A program made the translations under genes and the position numbers. This document shows, in pieces, positions 35,885-50,611 of a stretch of DNA of 64,000 nucleotides. Source of the stretch: Octopus sinensis (Eukaryota); the NCBI RefSeq assembly GCF_006345805.1, contig NC_043014.1, positions 2,666,001-2,730,000 of the forward strand, written 5' to 3'. Within the stretch, counting starts at the first letter, position 1. The number at the start of each line of letters is the position of its first letter. The notes beneath the pieces were generated by a model. The model made no database searches, was not told the origin of the DNA, and was given only the letters and a program-made list of their open reading frames with translations.

Positions 35885-36246
35885 CATCTTCATCATCGTC
35901 ATAATCGTCACCATCTTCACCATCCTCATCATCATCACCGTCATCATCATCGTCATCATCATCATCATCATCATTATCATCATCATCGTCATCATTATCA
36001 TCATCATCATCTTCATCTTCATCGTCGTCATCATCATCATCGTCATCATCATCATCGTCGTCATCATCACCATCATATCATTATCGTCATCATCGTCATC
36101 ATTATCGTCATCATCGTCATCATTATCGTCATCATCGTCATCATCATCACCTTTGTCATCATCGTCATCATTATCATCATCATCATCATCATCATCGTCA
36201 TCATCATCGTCATCATCTTCGTCGTCGTCGTCGTCGTCATCGCCAC

Positions 36247-36277
<31 letters not shown>

Positions 36278-36285
36278 GACATCAT
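35885..36285. repeat. (ATC/GTC)n microsatellite
   Basis: Direct inspection. Confidence 0.9.
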
Positions 36286-37300
36286 CGGAGCACTTACGAC
36301 ACTCTAGTTTGCCTTGAACATGTTTTTGCTTCAGTCCAAAACACTTGCATGGCAGAAAAAAAATATAATTAAAAAAATGTAAAATGAAAATAAAAAATAA
36401 AAACAATATTTGGCGCCAAATGCAAATTAGGTCATCTGATCAACAACAAAATGTCAAAGGAAGTCGCTAGAGGGCGCCCCTGTCAATTGGATATTTACCA
36501 TCTGTAAATCAGGATGGACGCAAAGACCAAGGCTAGAGATTTCTTCGGGTGTAACAAACAAGAACTAATTTGTCAATGTTTATCAAATGCATCTGTTTAA
36601 ATGAACCAAACTTGCATCATTATGCATATTAATGTCAAATTTAAACCACGTGTAAATATGTGTGCGTATGTCTGTGTGTGTGTGTTGGAGTGTGTGGGTA
36701 TGCGTTTGTATATGTAGATTATATAAGACAGTTAATTAAATCACACACACACACACATACACACACACACATACACACACACACATACACACACACACAT
36801 ACACACACACACATATGCATGCCAGGCTTCTTTCGGTTTCTCACAAACACACTCACGAGGTTTCGTTTGTATATGCATATATATATATATATATATATAT
36901 GCATGCATGCAAATATATTTATACATATATGTGTGTGCATACACACATATATACTTATAAACATGTATGTATATGTAAATATATATAGATACATACATAG
37001 TATATATATATATATATGTGTGTGTGTATGTATACATATATATGTATATATATGCATGTGTATATATATGTATAAGTTTATGCTTTGTGTATGTGTATAT
37101 ATGTCTGTATCCATGTTTGTATAAATATAAATATATATGCAAAGCATATACATATATATACACACACACATACATAGATACATATAAAAACATGCATACA
37201 TACATAATACAAGTATTTTTGACATTTTCATATAACTTTTCGTATATTTCTAAAAAGTAAATATTTATACGTGTGTACGTGTGTCGATATGTGAACACGT

Positions 37301-37337
<37 letters not shown>

Positions 37338-38309
37338 TGTTGGGGTATGCATTCATGTATACAAATTACTGTATTCCTATGTACGTAGATATTAATAAAC
37401 CAATTTTATAAATACACACCCCTACATTCACATGTATAAAAACTTTTTCACTTCCCGACCCTTATACTAATACATCTGTTTGTTGTCTACACCACCTTCG
37501 TCTTTTGTTTTTTTGAATTTTCCCTATATATATATAAGTGTGAATGTGAGTGTATGGCACGCTTGAACAATTGTGACGATTTTTTTACATGAAACCATTG
37601 GTAGCCTTGTTAACCCATGAATAGAAATACGATGTTGTGCACCTATTCTCACTATTCGATATCAACGCGCGCGCGCGTGTGTGTGTGTGTGATGGTAGCA
37701 AGTCGATGTCGAGTGTCACCGTCGTTCCATTGTTCTCTTAAAACATGAGCAGCACAGATGTGATTTTTAAATCGTGCTCGAAACTTGCACTCTTTTGTTC
37801 AGATGTGGCAATAATGCTATAATATTGTGTTGGTGAACCTTCATATAATGTTTCACAGTCTGCCTCCTGGCGTACATTCCGATGTCAGCCATGTATTAAT
37901 AACAGGACTGTAATTTAGTGTTAATAGTTTTCCTTCATTATTTTTTCTTCGAAGGAAATAGGTTTGAGTTTTAATTTTTACAGGTTTTGGGCGAAATTCA
38001 TAGCCAGATACATACATGCATGTGCCTGCGTGTGTATACGTGTGTGCGCATGACTGGGTAATAGTATATACATTATATATGAGTGTACGTATGTGTTTTC
38101 ATGTATAGACGAATGTATGTGCTATATAAGTGTTATATATATATATATACATAGAGAGAGAGGGGTGAGAGAGAGAAAGAGAGAGAAGAGTGGGAGAGAA
38201 GAAAAACAAAGAAAGAGGCGCAAAAATTATATATATATAATATGATATATATATATATATACATATTCATATTAGGCATATATACATATCAGATAAATAT
38301 GTTATATTG

Positions 38310-39291
38310 ATATAAAATCACATATTCATTAATAGATATACATATATTTATATAAGATTATATTACATTTACCAAAATATGCACATATATACTTACATAC
38401 ATATGTGCATACATAAAATCGTACTACTTATAAAGAATCCTATATAGTTATTTTTTAAACTTATTTTTCCAGCATAACAATATCATCATCATCAACAACA
38501 ACAACAACAACAGCTACCACTAAAGCAACAAAGAAGCACAAAAATACAACGGTCACATGTAAATGAAAGTACGTCTTAAAATGTCTATCGTCTGCTGCGG
38601 TAGTTATCGTGATAAGAGAACGAAAAACATAAAACAGTATACGAAAAATGTATGAAAAAAGAAAACATTTGAATGGCATATCTGCCGAAAATGGTATATG
38701 AACGGAAATCATTTCTTTTTTACTCATTATTTTTATATCTTTATGTGCTTAAGACATCAAAGTAGTAACACATAAGTGAAATCTTTGCAGACGACTCTGT
38801 TTATTGCAGCTGATTAAAATGGAAGAATATATTCGTTTTTAAAAAAAATAATGCTTTGTAAATAAAAGATAACATTTTTTTAATCAAATTTTTCTTGAAT
38901 TATTCTTGTTGTTGTTGCTTGCTTTACTTGTTGTTCGTCTTGTTGCTTGCAGCTTTATGAAGTTGATGTAGGGTGTCCCAAATGTAAGAGATATTAATGC
39001 GTGGTCGCATTAAAAACGTGTTTTAAATTAAAACGGGATCATGTTTTCCAATTTAATAACGGATGGCATGTGTGTAGGGTGTATACGTAGGTGTCTGCGT
39101 GTTTGTGTGGGGCGTGTGTGATTGTATTGTTTGTTTCTATGTGCATTTGCCTATTTACATATATACACATTACACACATACAGGCCTCCACACACCACGC
39201 ACATTATGCTAATTTTGTGTTATATATATGTGTATACATGTTCACACACACACACACACATATATACATACATATATGTGTATGTCATACT

Positions 39292-39326
<35 letters not shown>

Positions 39327-40301
39327 TATATATATATACATATGTGCATATTTTATGCATATATACATATACAGATGAACATATGTATATTTATATAAAA
39401 TCACATATTCATTAATAGATATACATATATTTATATAGATATATATGTACATTTATACAAAATATGCACATATATACTTACATACATATGTGCATACATA
39501 AAATCGTACATACTTATAAAGAATCCTATATAGTTATTTTTTTAAACTTATTTTTCCAGCATAACAATATCATCATCATCAACAACAACAACAACAACAG
39601 CTACCACTAAAGCAACAAAGAAGCACAAAAATACAACGGTCACATGTAAATGAAAGTACGTCTTAAAATGTCTATCGTCTGCTGCGGTAGTTATCGTGAT
39701 AAGAGAACGAAAAACATAAAACAGTATACGAAAAATGTATGAAAAAAGAAAACATTTGAATGGCATATCTGCCGAAAATGGTATATGAACGGAAATCATT
39801 TCTTTTTTACTCATTATTTTTATATCTTATGTGCTTAAGACATCAAAGTAGTAACACATAAGTGAAATCTTTGCAGACGACTCTGTTTATTGCAGCTGAT
39901 TAAAATGGAAGAATATTTCGTTTTTAAAAAAAAATGCTTTGTAAATAAAAGATAACATTTTTTTAATCAAATTTTTCTTGAATTATTCTTGTTGTTGTTG
40001 CTTGCTTTACTTGTTGTTCGTCTTGTTGCTTGCAGCTTTATGAAGTTGATGTAGGGTGTCCCAAATGTAAGAGATATTAATGCGTGGTCGCATTAAAAAC
40101 GTGTTTTAAATTAAAACGGGATCATGTTTTCCAATTTAATAACGGATGGCATGTGTGTAGGGTGTATACGTAGGTGTCTGCGTGTTTGTGTGTGGGCGTG
40201 CGTGATTGTATTGTTTGTTTCTATGTGCATTTGCCTATATACATATATACACATTAACACACATACAGGCCTCCACACACACACGCACATATATGCATGT
40301 T

Positions 40302-40344
<43 letters not shown>

Positions 40345-40420
40345 ACATGTTCACACACACACACACACATATATATATATAAATACATATATGTGTATGT
40401 ATACTTATATATATATAGAT
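38310..40420. repeat. ~1.09-kb tandem duplication
   Basis: 38461 corresponds to 39548 (offset 1087); near-identical except small indels. Confidence 0.85.
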
Positions 40421-40678
40421 ATATATATATATATATATATATCTATATATATATATATATATATAGATATATATAGATATATATAGATATATATATATAT
40501 ATATAAGTCTACACATATACATTTAAATATACATATATATGTGTACATATACATGCACGTATATATGTATATATGTACGTATATACAAAAGGTACTTGTA
40601 TGTACAGATTCATATATATATATATACACATTCTTATCTCTCTCTCTTTCTCTCTCTCCTTCTTTCTCTCTCTATCTA

Positions 40679-40709
<31 letters not shown>

Positions 40710-40710
<1 letters not shown>

Positions 40711-40838
40711 GGACGTGGAACAAATAAAGTATTATTGGACGCTCAGGAAAGAAGGAAAGAAGGAGGGTTTAACGTTTCGAGCGGAGCTCTTCGTCGGAAA
40801 CATAGGAGAAGGAAAGCTCCAGAGAAGGAAAACAGAGG

Positions 40839-40845
<7 letters not shown>
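40710..40845 (-). mobile_element. Penelope-like pLTR with hammerhead-like motif (40767-40801)
   Basis: GTTT-CCGACGA-A-GAGC-tcc-GCTC-GAAA-CG-TT-AAAC. Confidence 0.5.
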
Positions 40846-40885
<40 letters not shown>

Positions 40886-42329
40886 ATGTGTAAAGTAACA
40901 GTTTAGAAAAAAAACCATTGGTTTCCTATCTAGCGTGAACTAGACATCTCTTCAGTTTCTCTAAACGATAACCGTTCTCTGCAAAGAATGTTTTCTTTTT
41001 TAAAAAAAACACAAGAACGCCGGTGATAGTTCAAGAAATATTCCTCTTAAAAATTATATGGCCAGGCGAGTTGTTTTCTTTCGATTGATAGCTACGTAAA
41101 AATTTCGATTGATAGCTAAGTAAAAATTTCCGAAAATGTGGACAACTCCCCATGGCTTCTGTCCTGGAGTTCAGGTAACCTTCTGGCTCATGTGAGGTCA
41201 TAAGGATTATATATATTATTCTGCCATACACAGTTTACATAGTCTTGTTCCATTGCGATGTTAAAGGCGTATGATCGCCCTTTAGGCGCCATACGTATGT
41301 TGCGAGTGTCGTTGTGTTGCGTCTCTCCGGGACCCTGAAAGAAGGTCTGTGGTTGTTCAGCGAATTTTAAATTTGGATTCACAAGATCCGGCATCAATTT
41401 TAGTGTGTGTCCCTGTATTGGCATTGATGTTACTGATATTTGTGTCTGTATATATGTATGTATCCCCAAATTTAAATCAGTTTTAGGGCACTTTCCACCA
41501 AAAACTAACCACAACGTTCCATAGCTATTCGTGTGTGTCTAGTAACCACATAAATCACAGATAAACATTTTACGTTTGAAATAACTTTCTGAATAGAGCC
41601 CTCACTAGGTATTTTCGAAGCTCGCGAATGGCAAGATTTTTGGGTTGTGTGTGTGTGAGCGTGTGTATTTATTTACACACACACACACAACTTTATAATT
41701 CAAACCCTCGTGATTGACTGCTATGAACAGTAAGCCTTCACGGAGGTATTTTCACTAACTTTGAAACCATCAGTTCTTCGATTTTATATGAACGCTCTCT
41801 ATTCTTTCCCGCTGGACGGTCAGCTTGCTTTATATTCATACCCGTATGACCGACTGCTATCCATAGCAGAGCTCCTAGAATTTCCCATTTTCTAGACCAG
41901 CTAGAGAAATAATTGCAAAACCATTTACGTATCCAAGAAGGATAACGTAAGGTAAGTACATCATATATTTTATATATTCGACCTGCTGTCTTTCCGTTTA
42001 TTCATTTCACATAGACGGTGGATATAGCTCCGACTAAATCCCAGTTGGTTGTAGAGCACTTGCTGTTAATAAAGGCCTCAATTGACTGAATTTAAAAGTA
42101 CATTGTGAGTTTGTGTGTGTGTGTATAGTTACCATACATGCATATATATGTCTAATTGTACGTGTGTGTGTGTGTATAAGGGGGCTGTTAATGATAGAAA
42201 CTGCCATCACTCGAAGCTATTATTTTTTTGCATATGTGAGATTCTGTCATTATACAAATTCACACACATACGCACACATGCACACACATATAATGAGTGA
42301 GAGAGATACATACGTATATATATATATAT

Positions 42330-42386
<57 letters not shown>

Positions 42387-42422
42387 CATACATATAGAGA
42401 CATATATACGTGTATGTATGTG

Positions 42423-42453
<31 letters not shown>

Positions 42454-42493
42454 CAATACACACATATATATATAATACAATATGTGTAATATG

Positions 42494-42524
<31 letters not shown>

Positions 42525-42829
42525 GCGCATGCGTGTGTGTATGTGTGTGCGTGTGTTCTCGCACATTCCACTTTCGCTTGCATTTTCACCCATTTTCTAG
42601 ATTCCAAATGCTTTAAAAAAAAATGTTGTTATCAGGACCCTAACCCCGTAAAAAATACGTCTTCAACAAAAATCAGTAACGAAGTAACGCTTAAACGTAT
42701 CATGTTTTTCCTTTATTTTATTTATTTTTTTTTTTAGCAGTTCTCACTTCTTCAACTTCTTTAGTTACATCTGTCTCCCTAGATTTGTCAAGTCAAACCA
42801 ATTAATCATGCTTTAGTTTTTGAAGACAA

Positions 42830-43110
42830 AGATTACCTTTTCTTTGAGAGTGGTGTAGTAACGACAACCCTTTACAGACCCTCCGACACTTTAGGAAGGT
42901 TCATTCAAATGGGAGACGTGGCCCACCTTCAGGATGCTTCAAGTGGAATGGACTCTGTTGAAGACACCCAAGGATCAGGTAGTTGTGTTGGACGAGGCGA
43001 TGGATTAATCTACGGTCCAAGTAGGCCACAGTGGCTTACTTAGGCGGTAGATTAAGATGTGCTCACAATTATGACCCGCCACACTGCCTGTGTCCTGTTT
43101 TACAGCAGAA
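42830..43110 (-). mobile_element. Highly decayed RTE-BovB-type LINE remnant
   Basis: Frameshifted echoes of RAVVVSTLLY, TWTV, GHVS, LPK and RY..TLK motifs. Confidence 0.45.
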
Positions 43111-43344
43111 ACAGGACACATGAATAAGGATGGGCCACATCCTGTAAGTAAACGGTAGTTTACTAAAAGATACAAATAGACATTTTTTTCTGTGGCAATT
43201 CTGTAGAGGAAAATTAGCAGAGATCAAGAATTCATTTGAAGGTGACACATTTATTTCTGTCGAGGTCAAGTTGGCTTTTCATCCTTTCGGAATTGATCAA
43301 ATGAGTAGTACCAGAAAGAAGCGCATTATCGCTACGGGAGTAGG

Positions 43345-43700
43345 CGTATTTGTATGGTTAGGAAGCTCGCTTTACAATCATGTGGTTTCGGGTTCGGTCC
43401 CACAGCGCGGTATCATGGGCAAGTATCTTCTTCTATAGCCTTGTGAGTGAATTTGGTAAAGGGAAACTGTATTGAATACCGTCGTATATGTATGTATCTT
43501 AGTATGTGTGTGTGCGCATGTCTTTGTGGTTGTATTTGTCTCCACACCGCTTGGCAATCGGTGTTTGTTTGTTTACACCCCCATAATTTAGCAGTTCGAC
43601 GAAAGAGTAAAAGAGACCGGTAACATATTTACAGGGGTCGATTTGTTTGACTAAAATCCTTCAAGACATTGCCCCAATGACTGAAACAATTGAAAGGTAA
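43345..43700 (+). mobile_element. SINE family B (old copy)
   Basis: Degenerate head, core and tail. Confidence 0.7.
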
Positions 43701-44914
43701 CAATATTAAAATAAATTTATGTGCGGAAGGAAGTGATAAATTAGTCGGGTTCTATCGGTCCGGAGATATGTATTAAACAGAACCGAAAAATGGCTGAATA
43801 TTTGTGTCTGATTTTGACTGGTTTTTGATAAAGAGTCCTTTAAACTGTCTTTAAATCGACATGTGAATTTGTAGGTCCCTTTTCTTTTTTCCTTGTTCCT
43901 TTTTCTGTTTTTTTTTTCAGTCCCTTGCGCTACAGTGTCCTCAAGAACTTATCTGGAGCAAAACCGTTACAAAAATAAATGATGGTGAAACAACTTACAG
44001 TTGCGCTACTATTTTTAGGTGCCGCAGACATTTCAGTAAAGAAACATTGTGTTTAGCAACAAAACAAGCCAAAGATATTTCAAGCGAAGAATTACACGAA
44101 AATGTACTTGATTTCCTGAATGGGGAAGCAAGCTAGACTTACACAACTGCAGGGATCAGAGATATAATAATATTTCAAACATGAAAGGGAAAAATAAAAG
44201 AGCGTGCAGGCGGATTATGAAGGAAAAGCCACGGGAGTTTTATATGAATTTTGTGGTTGATAATAATATAACAAGTTGCCGGTTATACGCTTTCATTTTG
44301 AGAGTTTGTCCGGCGCTTATGTTTAATGTTTCGGTTGTTTGTCTCTCCTGGGTGACGGCATGTACTGAAAAACACGTGAAATGCTTCACTGCCAAAATTT
44401 TGTGGTGTGTGTGAGGGACGCTGGATAGGAGTGCAAATTAAAAAGTGTCAAAGTCATTAAATGTAAAACTATAGAAATTCGAGAAGTACTTTGAGGACTT
44501 TCTGAAATGTCTGCTTCTGGTTCTGTGATGTGACAATGTAGAAGAGATCTAGTTTTTTTTTTTTTTGGGGGGGGGGGGTTATCGTAGACAGATGGTAAAT
44601 GTGTGATACGGTGTGTTTGGGTAAAATAAATGCTGGGGAGTAAAATCTATTCACAGTATCTCTGTGGAACTGCTTCCTGCAGCTTCATTAATGGTTTGTG
44701 TCACTAATCATTGAATTAACGAGATTCGGAATTAAGAATAGAAACTATATTTTAGATGTAAAGAAGCTCACCGACAAAAAGAAGCTAAAGAAAGATGGAA
44801 AATAAGTTCATTGATGAGGTTCCAAAATTATATGAATTAGTTGTTTCGTTAGGAATTGGTGACTGGATGTCATGACAAAATATGTGGCTTACATTAACAA
44901 TAATGTTTATGACA

Positions 44915-45297
44915 AAGGCGCCGAGCTGGCAGAAACGATAGCACGCCGGGCGAAATGCTAAGAGGTATTTCGTCCGTCTTTACGTTCTGAGTTCAAATTC
45001 CGCCGAGGTCGACTTTGCCTTTCATCCTTTCGGGGTCGATAAATTAAGAGCCAGTTACGCACTGGGGTCGATGTAATCGACTTAATCCCTTTGTCTGTCC
45101 TTGTTTGTCCCTGCTGTGTTTAGCCCCTTGTGGGTAATAAAGAAATAGATATTTCGTCTGCCGTTACGTTCTGAGTTCAAATTCCGCCGAGGTCGACTTT
45201 GCCTTTCATCCTTTCGGGGTTGATTAAATAAGTACCAGTTACGCACTGGGGTCGATATAATCGACTTAATCCGTCTGTCTGTCCTTGTTTGTCCTCT
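44915..45297 (+). mobile_element. SINE family A
   Basis: Head plus two body units. Confidence 0.85.
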
Positions 45298-45542
45298 CAA
45301 ACAGAATTTTAATTGTAGTATTATAAACATTATTTAGAAAATTATGAGAAAACCAAATTGAGGTGGTTCGCCAAACTGTAGTCATACCATAAAATATTTA
45401 TTACAATTTATTGCATTCAAGAATTAAAATGTTCTAATTTATTCGTAATTTTAATTTTTTTATTTTGTATTTCTGACTACTCCTTTGAATTCCTATAAGA
45501 CTGGTTGACCACTGACATCTTATCTAAAGGCCTTAGTGATGA

Positions 45543-45605
45543 TATGGCGGTGCCCCAGCATGGCCACAGCTCATGAGCTGAAACTAGAAACAATCAATCA
45601 ATCAT
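45543..45605 (+). mobile_element. Isolated CR1/L2-group LINE 3' tail
   Basis: ggcggtgccccagcatggccacagctcatgagctgaaac + (AATC)n, same as the tail at ~17675. Confidence 0.7.
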
Positions 45606-45897
45606 ATACTTCATGCATCAAATCGTTGGTTTCCTATCTTTTGCTGTTCAGTGTCCCTTTTGAACTAATGGTGCCAAGGGGCGCTAAACTCACCTTTGCT
45701 CTTTGCACCGTTTAGCAAACGACAACCGATTATTGTTTTTATGAAACAGAAGATAATTTGTATGCAATGCTTTATTTTCCTTATTTTCTTATATTTTTTC
45801 AATTCAGCATGTGTTTCTTTTTAGATATCTAAGTGAACCACTGGCCCGTGTTAAATTTTCATGGAAACTGCAAAATAAAGCGAGGACTTACGTAATA

Positions 45898-46401
45898 TCT
45901 ATATATATAAAACTGTAGTTGTGTGAGTGTCTGTCTCCTACGATTTAGATTCCTAACTCCTCCCACATTTTGCGGTGCAGTTTAACCAAAACCGGGTATC
46001 TTATAGTCGTGATTCATATCGAGCCCTTCTGGGTATTAGCGCGCGTCTACGATGAGTCTACAATTTTAAAAATAATTTAACATCATTTTTTATTCCATTT
46101 TAATGCATAATTTTTCGTGTGTCGATGGCGGCGGAGTTGGCGTCCATGGTCACAGCTGCACCTGTTTGCTTCTCCCCCTTCCCTCCCTCGTGAGGCTGTG
46201 GGGAAGGGAGTGTAAGGAAATCAACGTCGTAAAGCGTTGTCAAGGAGACCAGCGTTCTTTTAGAACAACGACTTCATGGCTTGAAGACACCAAAACAGAA
46301 ATGGCTAAGAAAGCCCGAATTTATAAGGGAAGTAACTCTCTAAAAATGCTTATATAGTTATTTCCCTTACAAACCCGAGCAACGCCGGGCGATACTGCTA
46401 G
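45898..46401 (+). mobile_element. Non-autonomous Helitron-like element
   Basis: A|TCTATATATATAAA...CCCGAGCAACGCCGGG hairpin, CTAG|T, no TSD. Confidence 0.75.
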
Positions 46402-46789
46402 TACTTTATACTAGAGTTTGACACATCACCAGTCATGTTCCTGTTCACTGATAACACAAAATCCCACTCATATTCTGTTCTTATCACGACAAATTTTTTA
46501 ATGTACCTAAAATATTTGTAAAGTTTAAATATTTAAGGAAAAACCACCTCGGTAAATACCCAACGCTCCGTTGACATCTATTGCTCCGTTGAGAATTCAA
46601 GGGGGCGCCACAGAGCAAGCCAAGTGCCCATTACTTAAGAACAACGTTCAGAAAACTTCCTCAATTTTAAACGAAGCGTGGAAGTTAAAAGATCTGTAAA
46701 GATATCAGTGAATTGTTACAAGGAAGATTTAGAGGTTCCTCTGAAGACAACTGACAGACGAATCCTTGATGCCTTATCTTATATAATCT

Positions 46790-47006
46790 TTTACTTGTTT
46801 CAGTTGTTTCTGCGGCCATGATGGAGCACCGCTTTTAGTTGAAGAAATCGACCCCAGGACTTATTCTTTGTAAGCCTAGTACTTATTCTATCAGTCCTTT
46901 GCCGAAACGTTAAGTGACGGGGACGTAAACACACCAACATCGGTTGTCAAGCAATGTTGGGGGACAAACACAGACACAAACACACACACACACATACACA
47001 CACACA

Positions 47007-47048
<42 letters not shown>

Positions 47049-47052
47049 ATAT

Positions 47053-47088
<36 letters not shown>

Positions 47089-47225
47089 GACGGGCTTCTT
47101 TCAGTTTCCGTCTACCAAATCCACTCACAAGGCTTTGGTCGACCCGAAGCTATAGTAGAAGACACTTGCCCAAGGTGCCACGCAGTGGGACTGAACCCGG
47201 AACCACATAGCCACTTCTGCGCCTA
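46790..47225 (-). mobile_element. SINE family B
   Basis: Near-full-length reverse copy with expanded internal (CA)n. Confidence 0.8.
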
Positions 47226-48014
47226 TATAAAAATAAAATTCCAACGAAACCAGATGTACCATGTTCTTTTTTTTTTTCTCTCACACCGTTTTCTGACGAG
47301 CTGCAAACATCATTCTAAGTGAGCATTTTTTTTTTTTCAAGTCTTCTTGAGAAGTTTCTCTAACGCAAAATATTACAGCTACGGCCGATCTACATTTGTA
47401 TATAAATTATAATTCTAATTTAATTCCAATTTAAATTCAAGTGCGTATATTAATATAATTCTATGCCGGCCAAGCTTTCACATAAATCAGTAAATGTTTT
47501 TTCAGTTTTTATTCGGAAGCAACTTTGATGTCACATACTTAATTACTGTTTTCTTTATACGCTTATTAACTGCGGAATTTCATCCCCAAAAATGTCCTTT
47601 TAAGATATAGTGTGTTAAAAAAAAACTTGACTATCCTCAAACCAGCACGAAAATGAGACAGAAATTTCTTCAAACATATTTGGATTTGAAAAGAACATAA
47701 ATGTAAAATTTTATATAATTTTTTTTTTTAAACTTTATCATAAAACCATCAGAGAAATATTTGCCCGTTTAATTTATCTGCGAAATTCGTCGTTTAGTTT
47801 CATGATAAAAACACCCGCAATCGTAAATCAGGGTTAATTTCGTTTTACCCTCATTAAATCCAGTTTACTCTGGAATATTTTTAACCGAGCAATTAGCGTA
47901 ATGACATTTTAAAAGCTAAAAAGAACAAAGTTACTTCCATTTCGTTTTTTTTATATATCTACGCAACGGTTATAAATATTTTACAGCATTTGTTAAATCT
48001 TAACATTATTCTTT

Positions 48015-49490
48015 TATTCTTTTATGTTTCAGTCCAATGACTGTGGCCATGCTGGAGCACTGCCATTGTGATCATCTTTCCACTCTCCACTTTTGTCGGA
48101 GCGGCTTTTGGTGAAGGATGGAGTTCGATGTTACTGCCCTCTTTTGAGTTTCCTGCCTAGATATTGGCTCATCCGGGATCTGGGTGAGCCAGAGGTCAAG
48201 TTCAAGTTTGAAAACGTCTACATCCACTATATGGAGGCTCTTCAGATGCTTCGGTAGACAGTTAAACAGCTGTGGTCCCTTGAAACCCAAGCTATTGCAG
48301 TACATCGTCCTTGCCCGAGGTGAAGCAGTCGGCACAATGGGGACAGCACAGTGACGTCCTGTTTGTGGTCTTGTATAGCTCTTTAGACCAAAGTTTGGTA
48401 CCAGTCCTTCCAGTATCTTCCATATATATATATCACTGCATACTTCTCCCGCCTTCGTTCCAGGGAATAGAGTCGTAGCTCTGTCAATCTGTCCCAGTAG
48501 CTCAGTCGTTCCATTGATGCAATTTTCTTCGTGTAATGTCGTTGGACTGCTTCAAGCTCTGCTATCGTCCTTGTTGTATAAGGCGACCATAGCTGAGAGC
48601 AGTTGTCCAGTCGGTTGAGGATAAATGACTTCCACAGTGTCATCATAGTTTTTTGGTCCCTTGTCCGGAAGGTTCTCAGAATCCAACCGGCCAGTCTTCT
48701 GGATACTGCTACCATTTTGTTGATATGTGTCTGAAATGAGGCATTGTTGCTCATTTCTATTCCAAGATCACGCACCGTATTTGATTCTGGGATCGTTGCT
48801 CCACTTGGTCCAACGTACTGATGTCGTGATTCCTGAGCAGTGCTTAACTGTTAGCGGAGGGCCTGGATTTTTCTTGCATTAAATTGCATGTTGTTATCCT
48901 CAGCCCATCCATAGATGGCATCTAGATCTTTCTGCAAGAGCGTAGCATCAAAGGTTTCCTTGACTGACTTGTGCGACTTTTGTATCGTCGGCATAGCTGG
49001 TAAGCATGGCTGCCTCTTTCACTGATGGCATATCCGATAGGGCTACCATGAAAAGCAGTGGCCCCAACACAGTGCCCTGTGGCACTCCACTCACTATTGG
49101 TGTCTCTGTGGAGAGAGCTCCGTTGGCTGCTACAGTTTGGCTCCTGTTCTTTAGGAAATCATGCAGCCACTCTCCGACTTTACCAGTGATGCTGAGTCCC
49201 CGTATTTTGTGGCATATCATTCCATGGTCGTCCTTGTCAAATGCTTCGCATTTCTGGGGTCCACAGTTGGTGAGCCGTTTCTCATCTAGTAGCGGTCCTA
49301 TTTTGTAACGCACTGAAGCAGATTCTTTCGCACATCTATAGAAGGCCTTAGGGTCCGCTTTAATGTTTTTGACCGCCCTGGCTTCCTTTTCTGTCCTTTC
49401 CTTTTCATGGGAATGTTTGAGTGCGTTTTCAATCTCAATCAAGGTGCATTCGAGGTGGAGTCGTTTGAGATTCTTTTCGATGTCCATTTA
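48015..49490 (-). mobile_element. CR1/L2-group LINE remnant including RT domain
   Basis: SGVPQGTVLGPLLF, YADDTK, RDLGI, YSLERRRE motifs; frameshifts and deletions; tail stem-loop cagtc-attg-gactg. Confidence 0.9.
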
Positions 49491-49674
49491 GACGACTTGG
49501 GATTATCCTTAAAACTGTTTATACACTTTGAAATGTATGTATTCTATCATAATCATTATCTTTAGGATCTCATCGGTTTAGCTGCCAGCATTTCAAAAAT
49601 TAAAGTTTACTGAAAATTTTAAAATTTGGCACAATAGTACACTTGCCCAAACTGAATTGCTGGAGTTATTTTCG

Positions 49675-50190
49675 TATGTATGTATGTATGTATGTATGTA
49701 TGTATGTATGTATGTATGTATGTATGTATGTATGTGTGTGTATGTATGTATGTATGTATGTATGTATGTATGCATGTATGTATGTATGTATGTATGTATG
49801 AATGTATGTAATGTATGTACGTACGTACGTATGTATGTATGTATGCCTGTATGTATGTATGTATGCATGTATGTATGTATGTATGTATGAATGAATGTAT
49901 GTATGTATGTATGTATGTATGTATGTATGTATGTATGTATGTATGTATGTATGTATGTATGTATGTATGTATGTATGTATGTATGAATGAATGTATGTAT
50001 GTATGTATGTATGTATGTATGTATGTATGTATGTATGTATGTATGCATGTATGTATGTATGTATGTATGTATGTATGTATGAATGAATGTATGTATGTAT
50101 GTATGTATGTATGTATGTATGTATGTATGTATGTATGTGTGTGTGTATCCATGTATGTATGTACGTATGTATGTATGTATGTACGTATGT
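49675..50190. repeat. (TATG)n microsatellite
   Basis: Direct inspection. Confidence 0.95.
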
Positions 50191-50611
50191 ATACGCAAAG
50201 CTATACGGTCATACAGAGGCATGCAGATGTGGAATAACGGCATAAATCTGTCTGTAACAGTATCAGTTATCAGCTTATACCATTAATCTGAACCCGACAA
50301 GCTTGTTGGTTGGTTGGTTGGTTGGATGGTTGATTGTTGTTGTTGTTGTTGTTGAAGTCGTTTCTGTTGTCATTGCTGCTGTTGTTGTTGTTCTGTTTTT
50401 CGCTCGTTTTGATGGCACTGCTTGTATTACTTTCCGAAGAACAAACACTCAGAAATATTTCAAAGAAAGAAATAAAAAAAAACAAAAATGATCAATAAAG
50501 GAAAAAGTAAATTAAAAAATAATTAACAAACACATGTAGAATCAAACAAACAAACAAACAAATTATCATGCAAAACGCAATCAAAGAGAAAAGCAGACAC
50601 TTGTGAACTAA

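Noticed and set aside
36298-36350. Possible small minus exon (ATG CAA GTG TTT TGG... with gtaagt donor)
   Set aside because: Too short to evaluate, phase 2 and no link to the EF-hand exon.
41188-41450. ~87-codon non-repetitive minus ORF (QTQISVTSMPIQGH...)
   Set aside because: No polypyrimidine tract at the acceptor, no strong donor and no recognisable homology.
41895-41951. Plus-strand segment with a good acceptor and AAG|gtaagt donor
   Set aside because: Stops in all frames and no partner exons; chance splice-like signals are common.
43040-43141. 102-nt symmetric phase-1 candidate exon on the minus strand (GCGPSLFMCPVSAV...), with good ttacttacag and gtaagc sites
   Set aside because: Overlaps what looks like a decayed RTE ORF remnant and cannot join the phase-0 EF-hand exon directly; exonisation is possible but unsupported.
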